NCBI RefSeq assembly: GCF_018350175.1
Contig: NC_058368.1
Location: 4,650,001-4,714,000 of the forward strand
Source of the DNA: Felis catus
Lineage: Eukaryota
Length of the DNA stretch: 64,000 nt
Direction: 5' to 3'
In this document: one piece after another, positions 1 through 11,753 of the stretch
Layout of the letters: each line of letters opens with the position of its first letter
Position numbering within the stretch: position 1 is the first letter of the stretch
The notes under the pieces: generated by a model
What the model was told of the DNA's origin: nothing
Database searches by the model: none
Seen by the model: the letters and a program-made list of their open reading frames with translations, nothing else
Translations under genes and position numbers: made by a program

Positions 1-78
1 CATCGGTAATGACCAGCCTTCTCTACATCACTTCCTTTGAAACCATTCACCTAACCCTTGTAACATTTCCACTCTTAC

Positions 79-88
79 CTGCATCACG
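79..88 (-). other. Candidate 10-nt micro-exon (CGTGATGCAG), or the 3' end of a larger exon 79-388, of the minus-strand transcript from the 11 kb CpG island
   Basis: Minus strand reads cctcttacttcttccacag|CGTGATGCAG|gtaagag: strong polypyrimidine acceptor and near-consensus donor; contains ATG CAG. An alternative upstream acceptor ctaactgctcactag gives exon 79-388. Confidence 0.4.
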
Positions 89-622
89 CTGTGGAAGAAG
101 TAAGAGGCACCGAGGTCACAGGACCACACATCAGACACCTCAGTGAGAGGGCCTTCCCGGCACCGATCCTTCTTGCTCTGTCCTCCGCGTGGACGCGGCA
201 GATGCCGTCAGATGGCCCTGAGGGTCCTGACATGGGGGTCGGTAACTACTTCACCATCTTCCTTCCACCTCTCGCCAAACGGCAGCACTGAATGCACGAG
301 GCGGCCAACAGGCAAGGTTTCCCAAGTGCCTTTGCACTCAGGTAGCACAAGAGTCTCCTTTTTGGGAATCTGGAACCGTCCAGATCTCCTAGTGAGCAGT
401 TAGCGAGTGGGTGGTCCCAACACAAATCTGAATTTCTCGCTCCTCTGAGGAGATAGCTACAGGATTCTCCCAATGAGGAAACAGCTTCCCAACTAAAAAT
501 TCATGCGAAGTGTGTTCCACAGCTAATTCTTTCTGAATCCAGCAGGGATGAGGTTAGACAAGGAAGAGAAAGATTCATAGCCAGGCACGTGTAATAACTG
601 GTCACTGCATGATCCAGCTCTG

Positions 623-814
623 TTTTCTTTTTTTAAAGTTTATTTATTTTGAGAGAGAGAGCATGTGCATGCATCCCCGCCGCCTCCACGCGGAGGAGGT
701 GCAGAGGGAGGGAGAGAGAGAATCCCAAGCAGGCGCTACGCTTAGTGGGGAGCCTGACGACATGAGGGGACATCTACAGCCCCACGCTTACCTGACTGAG
801 CCCCCCAGGCACCC
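623..814 (-). mobile_element. Can-SINE with an internal substitution/deletion
   Basis: T-rich tail, (GA)n, gaatcccaagcaggc and gactgagcc..ccaggcaccc head. Confidence 0.9.
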
Positions 815-946
815 TGGTCCAGGTCTCTTTAAACAATCGCATAAAAAAACACCCTTCTGTTTGGAGAAAACAGTAATAAAGACACACGCTTTCAAGAGTC
901 TTGTGGGTTTTTTAAATCTTCTCTCACTACCGACTAAAGGGCTCAC

Positions 947-1205
947 CGGTTCTTTCCAGGTGACCTGGAAGTACACACAGAAGGTGGCTGTCCCAGTTCA
1001 GTCTGACAAGGGGCCGGGAACCGTCCTGCTGAACCAGGTCCCCTTTCACAAGGATCTTTATCCCGGACTGATCTGCACAGATACCCTCTATCTTCGTCTC
1101 AGAGGAAAAGTGTTCCAAGTGACACAAAGTGTTCTTAAAAATCCGCAGCCCGCACTGTGTAGAGGGTAAGACCTGGCCTCTACAGAGACAACTTTCCAGG
1201 AAAGC
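947..1205 (-). other. Candidate internal exon (259 nt)
   Basis: Minus strand: ctgttttctag acceptor (AG at 1206-1207) and CCG|gtgagc donor (941-946); one frame is open throughout (AFLESCLCRG...GHLERT). No recognisable protein family. Confidence 0.4.
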
Positions 1206-1735
1206 CTAGAAAACAGTACCGTCCTGACAGTAGGCCACTTCTGTCTTCCCTTACAGATTCTTCATCCCAGCAGGAAAGAAAAACTAAGAGATTGCTGGTA
1301 TCTGCCCATAAAAACGAAAAAAGGGTATTAAACTCCTATAGCACGGAAACCACAATCATCTCCTTGAACAATTCCCATTCAGTAGTCCAGCATGCACCGA
1401 AATTTAATAAACCGCCCTGCCTTAGAATAATTGTCACATGGGGTTTGATTTAATTAATCTCAGCAGGCTTGGAAACAGCCCCCAGGAAGTCAATGGGATA
1501 AACTCCCTTCAGACGTGCTAGAATGAAAATGTGAATTAGCTAAGCTACCAAGTCAATATTTTAGGTAGTGGTGGGGATTTTAGTTACATGCTTTGACCTA
1601 CCCACCTGACTGTAAGCGCTGACCTTGTAAAGCTAGATCGTTCTTGCTTCTGGGTACCCCTTGACGGTTCTGGGTCAGCACCCATTCAGGGTGAGCACCA
1701 TGGATGAGGGGTCAGATTAGAAATAAAGATTAGGA

Positions 1736-1895
1736 GAGGTGTCTGGGCAGCTCAGTCCGTTGAGCGTCCAAGTCTTGATCTGGGCTCAGGTCATGATCTC
1801 ACAGTTCGCAGGTTTGAGCCCCACGTTGGGCTCTGTGCTAAGCCTGCTTGGGATTCTCTCTCCGCCTCTCTCTCAAAATACATAAACTTAAAAAC
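1736..1895 (+). mobile_element. Can-SINE (older subfamily)
   Basis: gctcagtccgttgagcgtcc..ggctcaggtcatgatctc head; TSD aaata(a)aagattagga. Confidence 0.9.
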
Positions 1896-2811
1896 AAATA
1901 AAGATTAGGAAGAGCAGAAAGAGTTCTTGCTTCCTCCTATGAGATTCTGCTATGTTAGAAGGAAGGCAGACAGCATTCTCTGAGCCCTGGGTATTTTTCC
2001 TCCTTTCGAGTGGAGTCAAGAGAAGCATGGATGATGGTTCCTCGCGGAAACCCAGAGAGCGGAAGCAAGCACGCATACCCTCTCACTCCTCCTGAGCCCC
2101 ACTGCCCTGGAAGAAGATTCTAGCTCAGAAAGGAAAGCCTGGAGGAAGGTGACCTTCATCATTCTCCTCCCATCCAAGAGTGAGGTCTACTGAGAAAAGG
2201 AGAGACTGGCAGGGGGAGGGAGGGGTGAGCCCCGCCCATGCTACAATTAACACTTGACAGACGCTGTGAGCCTGCACTTGGCCCCAGTGCCTCACCCTGG
2301 CCTCCGCTGCCACCTGCATTTATGAATGAATGGTCCCTATGTCTCAAGGAGCAGGACACCGTCATTATCGGTGAGCCACGCAGAAGCACAAGACGCTCTG
2401 CCCGGCGCACGGCATTTCCAAAGCCGGGTCTGGAGCCGGTGTCGGCCTCCACCCGGCTCAACGTTGGACAGGGCTGTTTATACCCACGCCGGGGGGGTAA
2501 GGACAGCAGGTGACAGTATGAAGCTAACCCAGTCAGCCTGATTCCCCAAGCTGCAAGTTTATAAATCACTCCTCACCCACACCTTGCCATGACTTGTGAC
2601 TTGTCATGAAAAAAAACTAAATGAAGCTGCCACTCTTCCTTGTTCAGAATGCCACTGTTTCATTTGCTTAGTGAGGCCGGCCGTCGAAGACTGGAACTTG
2701 ACGGTAATTAGAAGCTCGCTCCGGGTCACACTGGTACGAGAGAGCACAGCACTGTGGTTCCATCACACACAGCGCTCTACGCGCACACAAACACACACGA
2801 ACGTAACGCAC

Positions 2812-2917
2812 TTGCACACCACACATGGCGATCAGGGACCGATGGAGCGGGCACATACGGTCAAGCAGCCAATCCTTTTCTAGGAAGCAGAGGACACGGC
2901 AGTTCTGGAAAAGCGGC
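2812..2917 (-). other. Candidate internal exon (106 nt)
   Basis: Minus strand: tctctctctgtgtgtccctag acceptor and CAA|gtgcgt donor; second possible acceptor cctctgcttcctag at 2880-2881. Confidence 0.35.
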
Positions 2918-3409
2918 CTAGGGACACACAGAGAGAGACGCTCTGATGCCAGAGCTGAACGGGATTTGGTGAAGCGAGTAGGCTTCGGTAAGATGAGCCA
3001 AGCAATCCCTGGGGAGTTTAGGTTTGTGTTAGAAAAGTCAAAGGTAGCAAAAGCAGAGAAAACAGGTCTCGCAGATTTTAAGAACATACCATGTTGAAGA
3101 ACATTCTGCGTACCCTTCCTGGTGTTTCTTGGATCGTTAGCCTCAAACGTCTGAAACCTAAATGTACTTCTCACCGTCCTCATTTTAAACTACATAATTC
3201 TGTTGAATATAACTAAAGCCGCAGATATTAATATATCCCCGCCTTCTTTGCTGTTTTCGATGAGGGTTCGGGGGATGTTATTTCAGAAGGATCCATGGAA
3301 CATTTAAGCAAGGGCAAGTCTTTTGAAGGCCTGTATTTCTAAAGCCTATTCAGCCCGCGGGTAACTGGAGTGATAATGGGAAGACCACACAATGGAGCCT
3401 AGTCTTTAC

Positions 3410-3550
3410 CATAATACTGAGCTGCTTGTGTGCTCGCTATACAAAAGTTTCCCCAGTGGTAGATTTTCACTCGGTAATCGGGCAGCAGAACAAATATAGC
3501 GAATCAATTATTTCCATTTGAAACACACACTTAAATGTCCCGGGGCCGAC
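3410..3550 (-). other. Candidate non-coding internal exon
   Basis: Minus strand: gtgtttactgttag acceptor and ATG|gtaaag donor; stops in all three frames. Confidence 0.25.
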
Positions 3551-3828
3551 CTAACAGTAAACACCAATTACTTGCATATCCTGCTCAGAAAACAAACCCA
3601 AACACATAATCTAACTTTTCCACAGAAAGAGAACAAATATCTACACTCGAGATTAGGAATTCACCTACTTCTCCTTTCCTTATTTAGTTTGGCCATCCTC
3701 CTAGGACTGACTCTGGACTAAAAGATACTACAAACCCACAGAGTTCAAGCCGCATCGCAGATTTCATTCGGAGAGTACTACCTGTGGACCACTCACTCAA
3801 GCCTCCTGGTCCCCGGCAAACTACATTT

Positions 3829-4049
3829 AAAAAAAAAATTTTTTTTAATGTTTATTTTATTTTTGAGAGAGACAGAGGCAGAATATGAGTGGGTTAGGGG
3901 CAGAGAGAGAGAGAGACACAGAATCCGAAGCAGGCTCCAGGCTCCGAGCTGTCAGCACAGAGCCTGATGCGGGGCTCGAACTTATGAACTGCAAGATGAT
4001 GACCTGAGCCGAAGCCAGACGCTTAACTGACTGAGCCACCCAGGCACCC
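3829..4049 (-). mobile_element. Can-SINE (felid type)
   Basis: Full consensus in reverse; TSD ccggcaaactacattt / ccggtgaactacattt. Confidence 0.95.
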
Positions 4050-4589
4050 TGCCGGTGAACTACATTTTAATAACTTGTCAGGATATATTAGAATAATTAT
4101 TGCATGGGGTTTGGTTTAATTAATCTCAGCAGGGTTCAAGGAAGGCCCATGAAGTCAACATGAAACATGTCCTTCAGATGTTCTATTATTGAAAGTTGAG
4201 GAACTATGTCACCAAAAAAGACAGTGACAGGGAAGGCTGCAGATATAAATCAAAACCCAAATACTTTACACGTGCTGATAGAGATGTTTGTCCCACCACG
4301 GTAGGAAAAGAAGGGATAGACAGACTTGCTAGGTTGGGGGGTGTGGTGCAAAGCAGATGTTCATCAATAGCTGTAGAATTACTAAAACAACCAATGAAGG
4401 TTGAATGATCATGCATGACGAGACAGAGAATGCAAAAGACTCTACATCCTTTCAAGCGATGGTTAGAAATACATAATTTATAACATAATGGCATTTAGAT
4501 CCTACAAAACAGATCGGCTACCAAAAAGAGACCAAGTCTGGAGATTTATTCCAGGTCTGAAAACTGGCATTTAGGTACAAATGATATAT

Positions 4590-4730
4590 TAGAGTGGATA
4601 CAGAATACACTGGATTCAGATCCCAACCCAGCGGCTTGCCACCTGCATTAACCTCGGGAAGGCATTACCCTGTGTGTTTCAGCTGCCGTATCTGTAACAC
4701 GTAGACAGTAATGGTACCCAACTCTCAAGT
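4590..4730 (+). mobile_element. MIR relic
   Basis: ggattcagatcccaacccagc..gtgtttcagctgccgtatctgtaa..gacagtaatggtacc resembles the MIR core. Confidence 0.65.
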
Positions 4731-5170
4731 CATTCCCGTCCATGTTGCAAAGCATTGCTACTTCATGACCGTAGAGTCTGGATAGATTCCAAAAACTCAC
4801 GTTTTTCCAGACAGAGATGGGAAAACGGTGCCAGGTGCTGGGAAGGCTGGGGTGGGGAGGGCATGCTGTGTTTACAGTGCGACCCTTATATCCTTACAAA
4901 GAGGGGGCTTAGAGAATCAGATGTGGAGATCCACAGCATTGGGCTATGGCGCCTCTCAACTCTGAGAACAAAAGACAGGACGGCCAGGAGATCTCCCAAC
5001 CAATATGCATTCAACAATCAACGAGTGTTCGTCATCAAACAGCTGAAACAACTCCTCCTGCCATAGAACCATCAGTGCCCGTGCCAGCAGATGTATACCA
5101 AGCACTTACCACACGCCAGGCCCTCTGCTAAGCAAGAATGGACTCATTTTACCCTCACAACAGCCAATCA

Positions 5171-5330
5171 CAGTGGTTCCCACACTCCGCTGTGCGTGGG
5201 AAGCTTCTAAGAATTCCCATACCTAGGTCACACCCCAAACCAATCATGATATTTGGGAGTGGGAGTAGGCATCAGCTTTTTTCAAAGACCCCTGGGTAAT
5301 TCCAACGTGCAGCAAAGTTTGAAATGCCTA
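5171..5330. mobile_element. MER5A-like hAT-Charlie DNA transposon relic inserted in a MIR
   Basis: cagtggttccca.. start and ggtaattccaacgtgcagcaaagtttga end; MIR-like sequence on both sides. Confidence 0.65.
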
Positions 5331-7609
5331 CCTAAGGGCTGGCCTACCTATTGCCTACATTTTTCAGATAAGGCAACTGAGGCACAGGCAGGTGTTACAG
5401 AAATAATACGAATTACTGGCATGCAACGCAATGACGCAGGGGGGCCGAAGAAATTGTGAGGATGTACATACACTGGGCGAAGAAATGCAGGACATGAGGG
5501 CAGCTGTCGACCTGACAAAAATCCTACGCAATCCAACCAGGCAGACACAGAGCTACCTTTTTTTGAAACAGTTATCACGGAACCATGAAGGCTGACTGTT
5601 TAGGACCGTCTAGAAAGCACGTGTTCTAGAATAATCGTTCTCAAACCCTGGCCTTCTGAAACTCTCAGCACGTCTGACTGAGAGCCCTAGAATTTGCTCT
5701 TCTAACAGATCCCCGAGTGAGGGAGAACCCCTGTTCTAGACACACCGTAACAGTCATAAATGAGACGCTGGGAGCCACAACTAAGCAGAAGTGTTTGAGA
5801 GTTCCTAGGGGCACCGAGCTGCAGTCTGTTTCCCCGCCTCTGCTTATTCAATCTGGCCGAGTCTGTCTTTATGCCTCCCTCTGCCAGCTCCTTCCCTAAG
5901 CTGTTCACCCCATTCAGCCCAGGCTGTAGTTAACTCTTAAAACAGAGGCTTCCTCCAGGAAGCCTTCCTGGATCCTAGACCTCTCATGTGCTCCCCAAAA
6001 ACCCTGCCCCTAAACTGATCGCTACACCTGCTATACGTTTCAAGACTTTCCTTTCACACATCTACCCTCTCCCGCTGGACAGGAAGGTGAGCCTCCTCGA
6101 GGACAGGAGCTGTTTCCGAGGACTCTTTCCACCTGCGGCATCCAGCACGAGGCCCGGCACATAAAAGGTGCCAAGTGTGCGCCTGCGGGCCCGCCGTCCC
6201 GCCAGGAAGGCTGGAAACGGAGCAAAGCTGTGAAGTAGAAGCTGGTTTTCTCTAGCTACAGACGGTCCCAATGTATACACTGGATGTGTTTCAAAGTCCA
6301 CGTGTAAGTTGTCTTTAGGACTCAGGGCTCATTCACTTCTGCAGCATATGCGGTGGTTAAGCACTAGAGCCTGACCTCAGAAATCTGTTTAACGTGACCG
6401 AACTGTAAGTTTAACACTCAAGTACAAGACTGCTCACTGTTTAGATTATATAGAATGATAATCTCTATGAAAGACTGTGATCAAAGTTCCGGGACCAGGA
6501 GCACATCTCATTCCTGGCCTCCTGCCCCTCTGTTTTAAGACAATAAAATCTTGGACTCCCTCCCCTTGCACCTGTCCTATGGGATAAGGAAAGTTCCCAG
6601 TTTCCCACTTGCCTCCCTCCTCCAACAGTTTCCAGTCTGATCATTTCAGCCCTATATTCTCCTCTTCTCCAAGGACAGCTTGCCAACCTTAGAAGCAAAC
6701 TCCGTCATGATGGGATGATAACGGGGGCTGGGGGGAAAGGCTGGCTGCCCCCTTCTTCCAGATTAGCCATGCAGAGTCCTCTCGGGACTCCCCAGTCTGG
6801 CTGATTCCAGACAGCGAGGACAGGAGGCAGGGGAACGTTCCAGTCCAGAGCTGGCAGGCGAGCGTGGAAGATATTTTCAGTCAGGCACATGGTCCCTGAA
6901 ATTACAAGGCTGAGTTCTCATTTCTTCCACAATGACACAGAGTGGTCCTACTGCAGGGGAACGGTGGAGGCTGTATCTGACCAAGAAATCAGGTCCTTTG
7001 AGGTCCTGATTAGATGAGGTAACAGTCCTACGTCTGGGCCATTTGAACATGAAGACCACAGGATGGGGCATCGCCTGTGTCCACAACTCTGGACATCCGA
7101 CCACGGCAAACTGCCACCGCCCTGTATTAGAAATATACACGATTGTCTTTTCATTCCGGACACTGCCACAGCTCCCCGGTGCCCTCTCAGGCGGTGAGAA
7201 AGCACCGCGTGCTTCACCCGATGTGAAGCAGAGAAGTTCCAGAAGGCCCTGGAACTTCTGTGAGCCCCGGCCCCCCACCCTCGTGCCGCACCTGCACTCC
7301 GCAAGCAGGAACCATCACTTTGTAGAAGCCTCTGCGAAACAGTGCTGCCTGAGGGAGTCACAAGCCACAGGGCAGACAGACAAAAGGAAGCGGACGCCCG
7401 GATTTCCTGGGCCAGGCAGCCCTGTGCTCCGGTCTCACTCTGGTCACTTACTATGGGGCTCTGGCCATGACAACGTCCCTGACCTCCATCCTCTCAACTG
7501 TGAAAGGGGACCAGGAAAACCTCACTTGCTGTTCAGCTGTGACGATCCTCACCTGAACCACAGAACGCAGACAACAATTTGAGTGACCATGCCCTCGATT
7601 CTCCCAAGG

Positions 7610-7725
7610 AGGGACCTAACCACCCTTCTCATTCTAGAAGCTTCAGAGGGAAGTTAATCACATACAACGTATACCTTAGGGCATTAGGGTTTAATTCTGT
7701 CAAGAGGGATGGATACAGAATGAGC
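7610..7725 (-). mobile_element. MER105-like DNA transposon relic
   Basis: Reverse strand gaattaaaccctaatgccctaagg..ttgtatgtgattaacttcc matches my recollection of the MER105 consensus. Confidence 0.5.
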
Positions 7726-8219
7726 TGAGTTGAGCATTATGGGTAAAGAATACCCTCCAGGTTTCCTGAGGGTTCCTGGGGGAAGGGATTAAAGGGACAG
7801 GAAGGACCCGAGAATCAGGAGGGCATGGGTGTAAGTCCCGGTCCAAGAGAAGGGGGGGTGGGCTTGTCAGAGGCAATACAAAAACAGAAACTAACCCGAC
7901 AGGCTCTCCCCCTTCGCTTCTGTTTCATTTGAGATGCAGGATGGAGGAAATCATGTGAGCACTTTGTGCCTAATGCATTTCTCTCTGCAAATGGAAAATA
8001 CAATTAAACATTACAGTTACTGATCTTTAAACTGCCGTGTATAATATGACTCGCCTCTAGGAAGCAGTGTACGTTTGGTGTTCGCTCTTGGTGTTTTGAA
8101 AATAACAAAATTACTTCTTTCTAAGACATCTGAATTGATAACTTCCGTTGATTTTATGATCCCACGTATGCCATCACGTATCTCAAAAGCAAACATTTTT
8201 AAGGGTTTAGCTTTCAGAC

Positions 8220-8222
<3 letters not shown>

Positions 8223-8256
<34 letters not shown>

Positions 8257-8264
8257 AGAGAGAG
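8223..8264. repeat. (CA)n(GA)n microsatellite
   Basis: Seen directly. Confidence 0.95.
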
Positions 8265-9104
8265 AAAACCCCTGACAATTTCCATTCTAAATGAATCTTT
8301 CCAAAGCCTCTTAGCTCAGGAAAGGAAGAGGAAAGACGGTTCATTGTTTTCAGCAGCAAGCAGAGAGGTCAACCCACCAAGCCGCAGGGCCGGGCATGGA
8401 GAGCCTTGGACCCAAAGTCAACTGATCTGGGATCTAAAGCCAGTTCTACCGTCTTGCTGCTTTCCCTTGGACGCGTCACTTTCTCTCTGGGTCCCAGTTT
8501 CCTCACCTGTGGAATGTCAGACCCCTTCCTGCCATCAGAGGATAAAACTTTACCTACCACTCTGCTTCAGTATCACCAAAAAAATATTTGCCTCCAGCTT
8601 TCAGGAAGGTGAAGACCGACAAGACAGTATTTGAACAAGGCTTTAAGGTTATATAATGAACTAGAAATAAACAAGACTCCTAAAATCACAGGGTTATCAG
8701 GGACTCTAGAGGCCTGGCCAGCTAGCTGAAAGTGGAATTGAACTCTCAATGCACAGGAGACAGTTGGCAATGGTCTTTTCTTTCTCCTCGAGTTCCTGTA
8801 GCTAAGGGGGCCAGCGTGTTCTCTTAAGGAAGCAGGCTGAAAGTGAGCTTGAAGTGACAGTCAGCCTGGTCAGTGTCCCCAGTCTTGCTGAAGGGCATTA
8901 GGCATCAGGTTTTCCCCATATACTGTTCTACAGGTAGAGACAGTTTGCCCTCAACTGTTATCAATTGCAGACTAAATAAAGCATCCAAATGATGACCTGG
9001 TTTCCAAAGCCAAATTCCAGCCCACGTCTGAGTTCAAAAGTTCCTACCGCACGGAAGCTCAGCGCCTGGTGAGGAGGGGTCCACCACCACGTAGCCATGA
9101 GAAC

Positions 9105-9270
9105 CTGGGCCTGTTCCTTCTCTCAGCCTCTCTGGTCTCATCTATAAAATGGGGACAGTAATAATATCTATGTTCCAAGGAGGAGAGGAGGATGTGTGAG
9201 TTATTATTGCATGTAAATCCCTCAAAAGGGTGCCTGGCCCATGTTAAGTGTTTTGGTAAGTGCTACCTAA
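9105..9270 (+). mobile_element. MIR relic
   Basis: ctcatctataaaatggggacagtaataatatcta..atgtaaa..gtgcctggcccat. Confidence 0.75.
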
Positions 9271-10961
9271 CATTCGTATTGATATCAATGGTAACATAAT
9301 TCCAGAACTACGTATATGATACTAGAGCAGACAGGAAGATCCTGAAATCCAGAGCACTCCTGGGGAGATACAGCTGTCCCCTACCTCCACCTCCTGACCC
9401 CTTCAGGGGTCTGAAATAAAGAAGTCTGCAAGGTAACGGACGACTGATTGGAAAAGAGGAAAAGGAACCTACGGATGGTGATGGCATAGAAGAATCACAA
9501 CCAAAGACAGTGAAACGAGGGATGCTGTGAGGGCAACAGCAGGCTGTGCTGGCAAAAAGCACCTGTCAAGGAGAAAGAAGTAGGTAAAAAGCAAGAAAGC
9601 ACCATGTGGGAGAAACTCACGATACAGAATCAGGATGCCCACGCCTGCGTCGCACAAATGAAAAAGTGGATAATCAAACTGGGTGGACAGATGATGGCAA
9701 ATGTGGGGGCCCAAGGAGGTAGATGAAAATTACAATATGTATAAGAAACAGTCACATAAAACTCTAAAGGATGTGGGGGCAGAGAACAAGGTTCAGCAGC
9801 GGGAGGAGTGCATAATTAACAGACACCAAGAGAACAATGGAGTGAGGAGGTTTGCAAATTGGGGGACGTGAAGAAAAAAGGTGCATTTGTTAAGAAAGGT
9901 GGAAATACAAAACGGGAGTGAGATTTCCGTGCCTGTTGGCAAAGGAGAGCAAAGAACTGGGACTCTTGGAGGGGGGTTATGGGGAAGAAAACAGGCAACA
10001 CAGAAAACGAGGTGGGGTGCAGAGAAAACGGGAGGGGGGGAGGGGTTGATTTTGATTTTGGATAGCCCTGGTCATAAATGCTAAGTAAATTCAAATTACT
10101 GTTCTAACATTATCATCCAACGCTGGGAAGCAACTAACCCGGAGAGTTCTTGTTTGCTTTGGTTTGGTTTGCTTTTTCGCACTTGGAGGGAGGGGAGATT
10201 TGCTCAGGCTCTGTAACTTTGCACAGTCAGATGGGTGGCCCGCCAGCACAGGTCACCTGAGTTCCCCCTGACGCGGGCAGCAGTGGCGGCTCCTACCTTC
10301 CCGGGGCTGGTATGCAAATTCCCTCACCACGTCAACCACGAACGGAACCAAACCGACGCCAGCAACTCCCTCCGATCCACAGACGACAGACGCCGGGTCC
10401 CACCGCTCTTTCCCCTGAAATGAGCCCCAGCTGGGACCCAGGGAGAAACTCGCTTCCAAAACCAAGTTCTCCGACCGCATCCCTTCCAGGGCCGCCGGCC
10501 GCAGCAGCCCCGGGCGGGCGCTCGCCGCACCGGTCACGCTGCGGGAGGGAGCCGAGCCGGGGAGGGAACACCGGCCGCACCAGGCTCCCCGAACCTTTGT
10601 CCGCGCGCCCCGCGCAACCTCGCAGGCCAGGCCCAGCGAGTCGGGAGCGCGAGGTAAAGTTTCAGGGTAATCCCCGAAAGGGTCGTGCAGGAGCCGGCCT
10701 CTTCCACGAGCACCGCCGGCACGCGCTTCCCCCGGGCCACGCCGCTGGCGAGCCCGGGGAGCGCCGAGCAACCGCCGCAGGGCACCAACAGGTGGGCAGC
10801 GCGGGCGGCCCGACGAGCGGCCAGGAGGACTGAGCGGGGCGTCCGCGGACTACCAAAGCCATCGCCTGGGGCTAATTCCTCTCCCGGGGCTCCCAGCTAA
10901 CAGCCCTGGACGCCGGCCCCGCGCCCACCCCGCAGAGCCGCACGCCCGGGTGCAGCCTCAC

Positions 10962-11170
10962 CTCGCGTGGGCCCCGCTCGGCGGAGCCTCCAAAGCCAGC
11001 GGATCCAACACGTCCCTGCGAACACGGGGCCGGTCCCGGTCCCGCCGAGCTCCGAGCACGCCGGGCTCCCCGGGAGCCTCTGCACCCGTGCGCTGACTCC
11101 GGGCTGGCGGCGGGCGGGGCTGCCCCGGGAGAAAGCGCGCTGCTGAATCCCGCCGGCGCCGCAGCCTCCA
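10962..11170 (-). other. Candidate non-coding first exon of the minus-strand transcript (5' end approximate)
   Basis: Lies immediately downstream (minus sense) of the GC-box cluster; ends GAG|gtgagg; contains no ATG on the minus strand. Confidence 0.55.
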
Positions 11171-11659
11171 GGCTCCCCGGGCCACGCCCCCAGCCCGCCC
11201 GGCCACGCCCCCAGCCCAGCTCTCCCTCGACGCCCGCGGACGGGCCGTCCCTCCAACCCAAGCCACGCCCCCGACCGGCCCTGACCACGCCCCCAGCGCG
11301 GGTCTCTGTCCACTCAGGCCACGCCCCCGACCGGGATCTCCCTCCGCCACCCTCTCAGGCCACGCCCCCCGCCCAGCGACCCCCCGCTAAGGTTGCCGTT
11401 GCCTACGGCCCGGCTGCTGCCACCATCCTCCCGGCCATTCCCAACCCCCCAACAGCATCCCCCATCCCCCATCAGGATCACCCCCCACCCCTGCTTCGGC
11501 CCTCCTACACTTCTCCCCCACCCCAGCTTTTCTTCCTCTCAGCTACACCCCCAGCCCGGCTCCTTTCCTACCACCCCCAGCGACGCCCCCATATCACTAC
11601 CCCAGCCCCCCCAGCCTCGCCCAGGGCGGGAGGAGCCGCCGCGTCGCCGGGGCAACCGC

Positions 11660-11753
11660 CGCCCCCCGCCTCCCGTCCACTCGCCCCACCTCTGCCTGGG
11701 CGTGGAGCGAAGGCACCGTGGCTGCGCGCATTTCCGAGCTAGGGAAACACTAG
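11660..11753 (+). other. Candidate first exon of a divergent plus-strand transcript (5' end approximate)
   Basis: Follows the RFX X-box; ends CTAG|gtgagg at the edge of the CpG island. Confidence 0.4.

Noticed and set aside
609..1169. 186-aa plus-strand ORF
   Set aside because: N-terminal third is SINE-derived; the rest is antisense to a better-supported minus-strand exon candidate.
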